Assembly (NCBI GenBank): GCA_963674865.2
Contig: CAXXYE010000006.1
Coordinates: 32,001 to 96,000, forward strand
Source: Candidatus Hydrogenedentota bacterium
Lineage (GTDB): Bacteria > Hydrogenedentota > Hydrogenedentia > Hydrogenedentales > SLHB01
Direction of reading: 5' to 3'
DNA: 64,000 nucleotides
Position numbers and translations under genes: made by a program. Positions 39,484-48,095 of the stretch are shown piece after piece. The notes below the pieces were generated by a model that was not told where the DNA came from, did no database searches, and saw only the letters and a list, made by a program, of their open reading frames with translations. Position 1 is the stretch's first letter. Every line of letters begins with the position of its first letter.

Positions 39484-39527
39484 GTTTCCTTCCTCAATCC
39501 AAGTCTTGTGCTATAGGCAAATCCACT

Positions 39528-40796
39528 TCAGAACGCCGGAGGCGGCGCCGCATAGGCATCCATAAGGTAGCGCCTCGCCTCGCCCGCCGTGAAGAAACCT
39601 CCCGCGATAACCAGCGGCGTCTCACGCTTGGCCTCGCCAAGTCCCATATCAATGGCCTCGCTGAACCTGGCGACACACCGGTGCGAATGAGAACCGGCCT
39701 TGGCGCTGAGATCGCCAGCCGGCAAGGCCCGCCTCCCGGTGAACTGGCTCAGAATCATCGTTTGGGCCTTGGGCGCCAAGGCGTCGATGATTCCCTCAGC
39801 GTCCTTGTCCGATGACACGGCCAACACGAGCACATATGCGTTCAGAGCTTCCGCGAGCCGTTGCGCCCCCGCGGGATTATGGGCAACGTCGATGATAACC
39901 GGCGGGGACTCGAGGACACGCTCCAGCCGGCACGGGCAACGCGCATCGCGTAGTCCGGCCACCACGGCCTTCTCATCCAGCCGAGGATAGCGCTCGCTGA
40001 GTTGCTCCGCCGCCGCCGTGGCCACCGCGGCATTCGTTCCCTGAAAGCATCCCCGCAGGCCCAGAGGAACGGAGTTGAATGTGAAGCGCGGCCCCGTGTA
40101 GTCGAAGCGCAGATCGAAAGAGTCGCCGCGCACTTCGTAGCTGAAATCGCGCTCAAGTTGAACCACCGGACACCCAAGCTCGTTGGCCCGGTTTAGGATA
40201 ACCCCCTCCGGCCCCTGGCGCGTCTCCCCAAGCACCAGCGGCACGCCTTCTTTAAGTATGCCCGCCTTCTCGAAGGCGATCTTGTCGAGGGAGTCTCCGA
40301 GGTAGCGAGTGTGGTCCAGGTCGATATTCGTGATGATTGATAGGAGGGGCGAGGCCACGTTGGTGGAATCGAATCGCCCCCCCATGCCCACCTCGATCAC
40401 GGCGGCGTCGACGCGCCGGGCGGCAAGCCAGCGCAGAACGATGGCGGTATTCACCTCAAAGAAAGTAGGAGGATGGCCCATACCTTCGGCGGCTTGGCGG
40501 AAAAACGCGATCTCCTCATCCAACTCCGCCGCGGAGATCGGCCGCCGGCCGAGCAAGAAGCGCTCCGTGACGTCGAGAAGATGAGGTTTTGTAAACCGGC
40601 CGACAGAGTAGCCCGCCGCGCCAAGCATGGCGTCCAGCATAGCGCCTACGCTGCCCTTCCCATTGGTTCCCGCCACGTGGACGGTGGGAAGGTGGTGCTC
40701 GGGATGACCCGCCGCGTCCATCAAGAACCGGATGTTATCCAGTCCTAGCTTGATGCCGTGAATTTCGAGGCTGAAAAGATAATCGCGGTGGCTCAC
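39528..40796 (-). CDS. folC: Folylpolyglutamate synthase/dihydrofolate synthase
   Basis: VAGTNGKGS, EVGMGGRFDSTN, DLDH, EKAGI, DVAHNP; overlaps accD by 4 nt. Confidence 0.96.
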   Translation of the reverse strand: MSHRDYLFSLEIHGIKLGLDNIRFLMDAAGHPEHHLPTVHVAGTNGKGSVGAMLDAMLGAAGYSVGRFTKPHLLDVTERFLLGRRPISAAELDEEIAFFRQAAEGMGHPPTFFEVNTAIVLRWLAARRVDAAVIEVGMGGRFDSTNVASPLLSIITNIDLDHTRYLGDSLDKIAFEKAGILKEGVPLVLGETRQGPEGVILNRANELGCPVVQLERDFSYEVRGDSFDLRFDYTGPRFTFNSVPLGLRGCFQGTNAAVATAAAEQLSERYPRLDEKAVVAGLRDARCPCRLERVLESPPVIIDVAHNPAGAQRLAEALNAYVLVLAVSSDKDAEGIIDALAPKAQTMILSQFTGRRALPAGDLSAKAGSHSHRCVARFSEAIDMGLGEAKRETPLVIAGGFFTAGEARRYLMDAYAAPPPAF

Positions 40797-41638
40797 TGCG
40801 GCGCCAGGTAGCGGAGCAGCCTGCCCAACAATGGCCGCTGCTCGGATCGACTGACGATGCGATCCACAAAGCCGTTGCCGAACTGGTATTCCGCCTTCTG
40901 GAAGCCCTCGGGCAACTGGACCTTGAGGGCGCCCTCAATCAGGCGAGGTCCCGCGAATCCGATGTGCGCCCGAGGTTCCGCAAACACCATATCGCCGAGG
41001 CTTGCGTAGCTCGCATAGACGCCCCCGGTGGTAGGATCCGTCAGGACGCTGATGTAAGGGATTCCCTCCTCGTTCATAGCCCGTACGGCGTCGGCGGTCT
41101 TGGCCATCTGCATCAGGCTCAGGATGCCCTCCTCCATGCGCGCGCCGCCGGAGGCCGCGATCAATACGTAGGGCAACCGCTCACGGATGGCGTCCTCGGC
41201 GGCCAACACGAATTTCTCGCCGACGACGGATCCCATGCTTCCCCCGCGGAAGGCGAAATCCATAACCGCCAGCACGGCCGGCGCCTCCTCGATACGCGCC
41301 GAACCGGTGATGAGGGCCTCCTCAAGCCCGGACTTCTTCTTGGCGGCCTCGATCTTGTCCAGGTAGTGCACGTCGCCCACGGTAAACTCGAGCGGATCGG
41401 CCGTGCCGAGGTCCATATGCGTTTCTTCGAAGGAGCCGGGATCCGCCAGCATCTCAATCCGCTTGCGCGCACTGATCCGGTGATGGTAGTTGCACTTCGG
41501 GCAGACTTGCAGGTTCTCCTCGACTTCGGTACGAAACACGGCCTGCTGGCACCCGGGACACTTCATCCAAAGCCCGTCGGGCACCGCGCTCTTCCGCCCG
41601 ATGACGGAGACGAAACGTCTACGTTTGAAAAAGGCCAT
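40793..41638 (-). CDS. accD: Acetyl-CoA carboxylase carboxyltransferase beta subunit
   Basis: LWMKCPGC..CPKC, GGSMGSVVGEK, SGGARMEEG, PTTGGV. Confidence 0.97.
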   Translation of the reverse strand: MAFFKRRRFVSVIGRKSAVPDGLWMKCPGCQQAVFRTEVEENLQVCPKCNYHHRISARKRIEMLADPGSFEETHMDLGTADPLEFTVGDVHYLDKIEAAKKKSGLEEALITGSARIEEAPAVLAVMDFAFRGGSMGSVVGEKFVLAAEDAIRERLPYVLIAASGGARMEEGILSLMQMAKTADAVRAMNEEGIPYISVLTDPTTGGVYASYASLGDMVFAEPRAHIGFAGPRLIEGALKVQLPEGFQKAEYQFGNGFVDRIVSRSEQRPLLGRLLRYLAPQ

Positions 41639-41646
41639 AGTACCCC

Positions 41647-42408
41647 CTAGTTTACACCCGCGGCGCCGTCCGCCGCATCCTCCGAGGGGAAATTCTCCTC
41701 ATGGTACAACAGGCGGCCGCAGTGACTACAAGCGTGAATCTTCTCGCCGGCAAGCACCTCATTGGCAATTTGCGGCGGCACGTGCATGTGGCACCCGCTG
41801 CAAGCCTCACCATTGAGAGGCACCACGGCCGGCCCGCTCTTCTTGCTCTCGCGAATCCGCTCATAGCGGCCTAGGAGTTCGGGATCGGCCTGGCTCACGA
41901 GCGGGCTGCGCCGCGCCTCGAGCTCTTGACGCTCCTGAACGGCCTCTGCCAACTCCTGATCGATCTCGTCGCACTGCCTGTCGATCTCTTTGAGCTCGGC
42001 GTCGATCCGCTGTTTGTCCTCCTCAAGCTGCGCCCTAACCTCGTCGGCCTCCATCATCACCGCGAGAATCCGCTCTTCTTTCACGCCAATCTGTTTTTTC
42101 AGTAGGTCGATCTCGTGAAGCAGCGCCTGGTATTCCTCATTCTTCTTGATCGAGAACAGCTGCTGATCGTACTTCGCGATGTGGATCCGCTTCTCCTCGA
42201 TCTCCCGCTCGGACTCTCGCTGCTCGAGCGTCAGATTGCGGAGGGCCTCCTCGCGTTCCTGAAGCTCCGCCGCGAGCCGCTCCCGATGGATGGCAAACTT
42301 GCCCTTTTGCTGCGGGAATTCCGCCTCACGCTGCTTGCGCGCCTCAATTTGCAGGTCGAGCGCCTGAAGCCGCAGTAGAGTGTTCAACGAAGCTGTCTCC
42401 TCTTCCAA
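41647..42408 (-). CDS. Coiled-coil C4-type zinc ribbon protein (CT398/HP0958-like)
   Basis: LQALD, long coiled coil, CSGCHM..CSHCGRLLY; start uncertain. Confidence 0.88.
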   Translation of the reverse strand: MEEETASLNTLLRLQALDLQIEARKQREAEFPQQKGKFAIHRERLAAELQEREEALRNLTLEQRESEREIEEKRIHIAKYDQQLFSIKKNEEYQALLHEIDLLKKQIGVKEERILAVMMEADEVRAQLEEDKQRIDAELKEIDRQCDEIDQELAEAVQERQELEARRSPLVSQADPELLGRYERIRESKKSGPAVVPLNGEACSGCHMHVPPQIANEVLAGEKIHACSHCGRLLYHEENFPSEDAADGAAGVN

Positions 42409-42633
42409 GTAAAAACCTTCGAGATGCCCGCCGCTCTGCACTGAGCCGGCTACGGGCGCGGGAAAAAGAACAGGCCGCAGCGTATGCTGCGGCCTGGAAG
42501 ATACGGATCACCGGCCCCAAGTGGGACGCCGGGCGCGGCGCTCGAAGCGCCTCGTACTTAGGCAATCTCACGGGCGATTGCGTACGGCCCGCTTCGCTGC
42601 CCATTCTCGCATCCTGTCTTTTCTCCACCGCAA

Positions 42634-43140
42634 CTACGAATCCTGTGGGTCCGGCCCGGGGCCTTTGGGCGAGCGCGTGATGGCAATACGACCCGTGCGG
42701 GCCAGTTCTCGAATCCCGAAAGGACGAACCATGTCCATAAAAGCGCGGACTTTGCCCCCCGAGCCGGTCACTTCGACAATCATCGAGTCCGCGCCCATGT
42801 CCACCACCTTGGCGCGAAACACAGTGGCTAACTCGATCACCTCTGACCGCCGCGCTTGCGGCGCCGCGATCTTGAGCATAATCAGCTCGCGCTCGACATA
42901 GTCCTCCTGCGTCAGATCGTCCACCTTAATGGTCTCTACGAGCTTGTTCAACTGCTTGATAATCTGCTCGAGGACAAGGTCATCCCCATTCACCACAACC
43001 GTCATCCGCGAGACGCTCGGGTCTTCCGTCTCCCCAACGCATAGACTCTCGATGTTGTACCCGCGAGCGCTGAATAAGCCGGAGATGCGAGCCAATACGC
43101 CGAAGTGGTTCTCAACCAAGACACTGATCGTATGTTTCAT
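42634..43140 (-). CDS. ilvN: Acetolactate synthase small subunit
   Basis: SVLVENHFGVLARISGLFSARGYNIESL, ERELI, ELARTG. Confidence 0.96.
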   Translation of the reverse strand: MKHTISVLVENHFGVLARISGLFSARGYNIESLCVGETEDPSVSRMTVVVNGDDLVLEQIIKQLNKLVETIKVDDLTQEDYVERELIMLKIAAPQARRSEVIELATVFRAKVVDMGADSMIVEVTGSGGKVRAFMDMVRPFGIRELARTGRIAITRSPKGPGPDPQDS

Positions 43141-43176
43141 ATTACCTCAAGCGTCCGCCCCGGAACGCTCACCGGG

Positions 43177-43743
43177 TCAGTTGAACTCGTTCATGGCCGC
43201 CGCTACGCCAACCTCAACGAAACGCACGACGGCGTCCACGGCCCGCGATATCATCTCCTCGACAACCGGCAACTCGTCACGGCCGAACTTCCCGAGGACG
43301 TGCCCCGTCAGCTCGCCCGGATCCGCGGCGGCGCCAACGCCCAACCGAAGCCGGGCGAACTCCTCGGTACCGAGATACTGTATCACGGATTTCAAGCCTT
43401 TCTGGCCACCGGCGCTGCCACAGCGGCGAAGGCGCAACCTGCCGACGGGCAGGTGTACATCATCGCTCACAACCAGAAGGTCGCTCAGATCTCTTACCTG
43501 GTAACGCGCGGCGCGCGCCACGCTCTGGCCGCTGTTATTCATATAGGTCTGCGGCTTGAGCAAGAGCAGGTCGTGCTCGCCGCACCGCGCCCGCGCGATA
43601 ACGCCGCGATACTTCTCTGCGGTGAAATCCGCTCCAAGCCGTCCCGCCAAGGCGTCCAAGACGGCGAAACCGACGTTGTGTCGAGTCTTTAAATAGCGTC
43701 GGCCGGGATTGCCCAGCCCCACGATCATCTTCACGCCGCCCAC
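43177..43743 (-). CDS. pth: Peptidyl-tRNA hydrolase
   Basis: VGLGNPG, TRHNVG, KPQTYMNNSG, DD, RLRLGVG, AMNEFN. Confidence 0.96.
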   Translation of the reverse strand: MGGVKMIVGLGNPGRRYLKTRHNVGFAVLDALAGRLGADFTAEKYRGVIARARCGEHDLLLLKPQTYMNNSGQSVARAARYQVRDLSDLLVVSDDVHLPVGRLRLRRCGSAGGQKGLKSVIQYLGTEEFARLRLGVGAAADPGELTGHVLGKFGRDELPVVEEMISRAVDAVVRFVEVGVAAAMNEFN

Positions 43744-43767
43744 CCTACGCGCTGCGCCGCGCCGGGA

Positions 43768-44442
43768 CTAGTCCTCGTCCTCTGCCTTCTTCTCGCCGAT
43801 AACTTCCGGCTCGGCCTGCTCGCCTTCCTCGGCCCCTTCACCTTCTTCGGCGCCTTCCTCAGCGGCTTCCTCCTTCAGGATCCGAGGCGCGTGCACCGCG
43901 GCGATTGTCCGGTCGGAGTCGGTAAGGATGGTGATGCCCTCCGGCAACGTGATCGCGGCCACATGGACACTATCTCCGATAGCCAGATCACTCACGTCAA
44001 CCTTCACCTCGTCCGGCACCTCAAGAGCAAGGCACTCGATCTCGAGTTCCCGAAGCTGATGATCCAGAACGCCGCCCTCAACGACACCCACGCTCTGCCC
44101 AGCGAGAATGACAGGTATGAGGGTGTGAATCCGCTCATCAAGGCGAATCCGCTGAAAATCGGCATGAAGCACGTCGCCGCGGATAGGATGATGCTGCACC
44201 TCTTTCAGCATCGCTGGGCCGCTCATGTCCGTATGCTCGGCCACCTCGAGTTGCACGATGGCGTGTTCACCGCCACGACTGTGCAGCAGATGCTCGAAAA
44301 CCTTAGCGTTGATCTTCAGTTCCGCCGGGTCCTTGCCCAGGCCATAGACCACCGCGGGCACCATACCCGTGCGGCGGACCTTGCGCGCGCCGCCCTTGCC
44401 GTCCACTTCGCGCACGGCGACCTCAAGTACTTGCAGCTCCAT
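43768..44442 (-). CDS. rplY: 50S ribosomal protein L25/Ctc
   Basis: VPAVVYG, QHHPI..HADF, GVVEGG, EPEVI tail. Confidence 0.96.
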   Translation of the reverse strand: MELQVLEVAVREVDGKGGARKVRRTGMVPAVVYGLGKDPAELKINAKVFEHLLHSRGGEHAIVQLEVAEHTDMSGPAMLKEVQHHPIRGDVLHADFQRIRLDERIHTLIPVILAGQSVGVVEGGVLDHQLRELEIECLALEVPDEVKVDVSDLAIGDSVHVAAITLPEGITILTDSDRTIAAVHAPRILKEEAAEEGAEEGEGAEEGEQAEPEVIGEKKAEDED

Positions 44443-44460
44443 GATTAATCCACCTCCAGC

Positions 44461-45417
44461 TCAATTGCGAAACAGGATACTGACCGATTCCTCTTGATGG
44501 ATCCGCCGGATGGCCTCGCCAATCAGAGGCGCCAAGGATAGCGTCTTGATCTTGACGTTTGCGCAGGCCTCCGCATCCGGCTTGAGTGGAATCGTGTCGC
44601 TTACTATCACCTCGTCCAGAACCGAGTTATTAATACGTTCAATGGCTTCCCCGCTGAAAACCGCGTGGGTGGCACAGGCCATGACGTCCACCGCGCCCTG
44701 CTCCTTGATCGCATGAGCGGCGTTAACGAGCGTGCCCGCCGTGTCGATAAGGTCGTCCAGAAGCAGAGCCCGCTTACCTTTCACATCGCCGATGATGTTC
44801 ATCACCTCGGCCGAATTGGCCCTCGGCCGGCGTTTGTCCACGATGGCCAGAGGCGCATCGAGCCGGTTCGCGACTTCACGCGCACGCGCCACGCTGCCGG
44901 TGTCGGGCGAAACAACAATGAGATTGCCGATCTCGCACTCGCGGATGTGCCCCACAAACGCGATATCGCCACTGAGGTGGTCGACGGGGATATCGAAAAA
45001 GCCCTGCAACTGTCCGGAGTGCAGATCCACCGTCAGCACGCGGTCGGCTCCGGCGGCCACGATGAGATTGGCCACCAACTTTGCGGCGATAGGCACACGC
45101 GGCTTGTCTTTTCGATCCTGCCGCGCATAGCCGAAATAGGGAATAACCGCCGTCACGCGATCAGCCGAAGCCCGCTTCGCGGCGTCGATCAGGATAAGCA
45201 GCTCCATGAGGTTATCGTTCACGGGGGGACATGTGCTGTTAACGATAAACACGTCGCTCCCGCGCACATTCTCGCCGATCTGGACACGGACCTCGCCATC
45301 ACTGAACGTACTGACGAGGGCCTTTCCCTGTTCGATTCCCAAGTGCGCGCAGATACCTGCGGTCAAGCCTTGGCAGGCGTTCCCGCAGAACACCTTTACG
45401 CTCTTGCTGTGAGCCAT
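44461..45417 (-). CDS. prs: Ribose-phosphate pyrophosphokinase
   Basis: FSDGE, YFGYARQDRK, DLHSGQ, VSPDTG, DDLIDTAGT, SVSILF. Confidence 0.97.
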   Translation of the reverse strand: MAHSKSVKVFCGNACQGLTAGICAHLGIEQGKALVSTFSDGEVRVQIGENVRGSDVFIVNSTCPPVNDNLMELLILIDAAKRASADRVTAVIPYFGYARQDRKDKPRVPIAAKLVANLIVAAGADRVLTVDLHSGQLQGFFDIPVDHLSGDIAFVGHIRECEIGNLIVVSPDTGSVARAREVANRLDAPLAIVDKRRPRANSAEVMNIIGDVKGKRALLLDDLIDTAGTLVNAAHAIKEQGAVDVMACATHAVFSGEAIERINNSVLDEVIVSDTIPLKPDAEACANVKIKTLSLAPLIGEAIRRIHQEESVSILFRN

Positions 45418-45469
45418 GGTATAAAGTTCCCGTACCTGTTCGTCGCTCAACGCACGGCGATGACAGAAA

Positions 45470-45544
45470 TGGCTGGGGCGGCAGGACTCGAACCTGCGAA
45501 TGCCGGAACCAAAATCCGGTGCCTTACCACTTGGCGACGCCCCA
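45470..45544 (-). tRNA. tRNA-Gln (UUG)
   Basis: TGGGGCG/CGCCCCA acceptor, TT-TTG-GT anticodon loop, TTCGAGT T loop, CCA. Confidence 0.96.
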
Positions 45545-45646
45545 AACGCTGCCCGCGTCCTCTCGACAAACCAATGGCGACCCCACGCGCCAAACACACC
45601 TCACGAGGGCCGCTTATCGTGAAAAACCTGGCAGAACAATTAGGGG

Positions 45647-45676
45647 AGTATAGCAACCTTCGGAGGGCCAAGTCAA
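45647..45676 (-). promoter_or_regulatory. Sigma70 promoter of tRNA-Gln-prs-rplY-pth-ilvN
   Basis: TTGACT-N18-TATACT with extended TGn. Confidence 0.7.
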
Positions 45677-45754
45677 TCTGAGGCCCAGTCGCATACAATC
45701 CCGAAATCTTTGCTGTCGCAATACTTGCGGCATGGGCCGATGGCGACGCGTCGC

Positions 45755-47095
45755 CTACTCAAGCGTCACCTGAGCATAGGACACGGTATCCGCCGACGTC
45801 TGGCCCAAGAGGTCGATGGTGTCCGCCGGCGCGCACCCGGCGCGCACGGATGCCAGGCAGAACGCCGACATGGGCTTTGTCAGAGGGATGGGAACCAGGG
45901 CGGGCGTCTCGGGCTCGGGGAAGACTTGCACGAGCACGTTGCCTGCGCCCTCGCCCCCGATGTAGACCACGGCGTAAAGAATTCCGTCGGCCGCCTCCTG
46001 AAATCGTGCGCATCCCGGAGTGCGCTCCTCGGTGCCCGCGACGAGCGTTCGCCGCGAGACAACGGCTCCATTCCGGACGACGGCCAGATGGAGACTGCTG
46101 ACGATGGACTTCTCCGGGAAGAACTTGTCCCGCAACAGGGCCGACTGGACCTCCCGTTCGGTATAGAGTATGTACGCGTCCCCCGCCGGACTGAGCCACA
46201 GATCCTGATTGTTGATGTACCCCCCTGTATCGTCCACATTCGCCACTTCCAGCGGCTCGGCGAAGCCCTCGTGTTTCAGGTCAGGCGTCGAGCTGTAGTA
46301 CAGGATGCGAAAGACATAGTCCCACTTGTTCCCCGTTTGCTCGAATTTGTAAGTGCGCCACGCCTCAACGGGCTCAACAACGTCCGAGATGGCCAGCACG
46401 TGAACCGCCCCACCTCTAAGCGCTACCTGCGGGTAGCACGCCCGAACCGGGAATGTGATTGAGCCCGTCGCCAGCGTCTCCCCGGCCGTCGAGAGCAGAC
46501 AGGCATGCTGCACACTCGTTTTCGCGTCGATATTGAGCATCAGGAGCTGCCCGGCCGCTTGATCCGCCCCAAAACCCCGGTAGGAGTGGTCGGTGAAGTA
46601 CGGCTCGCCCCGCCAGGACGGCATCAGCGTGCGCCGCACGACCTCCCCCGACGAAAGCGAGAAGCCGGTCAAGTGCGGCTTGCACGGCCCGTAGCGCGTG
46701 CCCGGCGGCTGCGTTGAATCATTCGCATAGAGGAAAAAGTCGCCCGAAGCGATCGCCACGGGACACGGCTCCCGCTGGCGGTAGGCATCGGCCTCGGCTA
46801 CAAGCGACCAGCCTTCCGCACCTCGTAGAAGCAATCGCCAGCGCGTATTGCACAAGAGAGGCACACCCTCACCCGTCTCCATCTGGCTCACAATAACGTC
46901 GTCGCCAAGCCGGACAATCTGCGTGCAGCCATAGCACCAGAACGGCCCGGAGCCATTGTCCGGGCTCACAAGGGTGTAAACGTCCTCCTCCGCATTAACG
47001 GCCAGCTTCAGCGTGCCGGAATCCTCCCCGAACGCGTCGACCGCTACCGACGCCAACAACGTGAGCACGGCCGCACCTGCCATCAGATAACGCAT
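45755..47095 (-). CDS. Secreted hypothetical protein (possible beta-propeller)
   Basis: Signal peptide; GGGAG RBS; 446 aa. Confidence 0.75.
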   Translation of the reverse strand: MRYLMAGAAVLTLLASVAVDAFGEDSGTLKLAVNAEEDVYTLVSPDNGSGPFWCYGCTQIVRLGDDVIVSQMETGEGVPLLCNTRWRLLLRGAEGWSLVAEADAYRQREPCPVAIASGDFFLYANDSTQPPGTRYGPCKPHLTGFSLSSGEVVRRTLMPSWRGEPYFTDHSYRGFGADQAAGQLLMLNIDAKTSVQHACLLSTAGETLATGSITFPVRACYPQVALRGGAVHVLAISDVVEPVEAWRTYKFEQTGNKWDYVFRILYYSSTPDLKHEGFAEPLEVANVDDTGGYINNQDLWLSPAGDAYILYTEREVQSALLRDKFFPEKSIVSSLHLAVVRNGAVVSRRTLVAGTEERTPGCARFQEAADGILYAVVYIGGEGAGNVLVQVFPEPETPALVPIPLTKPMSAFCLASVRAGCAPADTIDLLGQTSADTVSYAQVTLE

Positions 47096-47145
47096 TTGTC
47101 CCGCTCCCAGTGTAATCCTCGCGCCTCAAAAACACGGGGTGCCTC

Positions 47146-47991
47146 TCACTGTGGACGACGTCCGCCGGCCACGTCAAGCTCCAGAAGCCGCCGTGCGTTG
47201 CCCCCGGCAATGGCCTCGCGCATGGCCTCGGGAATCTCCACCGTCCGCATCCACGTCACCTGAGGATGCGGGTCGCCAACGCCCACGATATCGCTGCCCC
47301 ACAGGAGTTTCCGCCAGTGACGCTCCAGAAAGCCCTGCGTGAATTCCGGATCCCGCGTCATCGCGTTGTAGCCCGATCCGGCCGAGAGGTCCGCATAGAG
47401 GTTATCGTATTCCGCCATGAGGCGATCCACGGCGCCGCCCGGTTTGACCCGCCCCGTGGGATACCCTTCCCGCGGATCGTCCGCCGAGATGGCCGACCAG
47501 AACGCCGGCCCGTGCCCGACAAACATCACGTCCGGGAACTCTCGTAGGCAGGACGCGAGGCGGGGAAGTCCCGGCTCGTCATGGCACAGGCCCGCATTGA
47601 TCTCGAAGACCAGCGGAAGTCTGTGCTCATTGCACTTCGCATAGATGACCTTGTTGAGAGGATCGTCGAAAGCAAGGCCGTTTACATGCTCCCCAAACCC
47701 CCGGCAGCCATGCTTCTCCACGAAGTAGTCGATATGCTCCGCCGCGCGCGGATAGCGCGGATCAACACACAGAAAAGCGATGAGCCGCTCCGGATACGTG
47801 TTCCGCGCCGCCACGGCCTCCTCGTTCAAGAAATAGCCCCAGGCCCCCTCCGGACTCTCCAGTGGGAGAAGCACCCCCACCTCGATGCCTACGCGATCCA
47901 TCCAGTCAACCAATTGGCGTACGGTTAACGGCGGCCGGGCCGGATACGCCTCCCGAAACAGGTTTCCCATATGAACGTGGAAGTCAATCAT
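47146..47991 (-). CDS. Amidohydrolase_2 family protein
   Basis: MIDFHVH, GFGE, GHG, YADLSA, WGSD, GNARRLL. Confidence 0.9.
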   Translation of the reverse strand: MIDFHVHMGNLFREAYPARPPLTVRQLVDWMDRVGIEVGVLLPLESPEGAWGYFLNEEAVAARNTYPERLIAFLCVDPRYPRAAEHIDYFVEKHGCRGFGEHVNGLAFDDPLNKVIYAKCNEHRLPLVFEINAGLCHDEPGLPRLASCLREFPDVMFVGHGPAFWSAISADDPREGYPTGRVKPGGAVDRLMAEYDNLYADLSAGSGYNAMTRDPEFTQGFLERHWRKLLWGSDIVGVGDPHPQVTWMRTVEIPEAMREAIAGGNARRLLELDVAGGRRPQ

Positions 47992-48095
47992 GACGCAGAG
48001 CACCTCTTTGCCAGGCCAAGACGCGGATTCCTCTTCTACCCTCTTGGTATTGCGTGGCATCTTTAGTATAGACGACGTCGTCAAGGAGCACTCAA

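Noticed and set aside
45418..45597. N-terminal extension of Prs in the ORF track
   Set aside because: Runs through tRNA-Gln; Prs-like sequence begins at ATG 45417
45701..45730. Imperfect palindrome ccgaaatctttgc-tgtc-gcaatacttgcgg as a dif-like site
   Set aside because: Several mismatches and no clear XerC/XerD consensus
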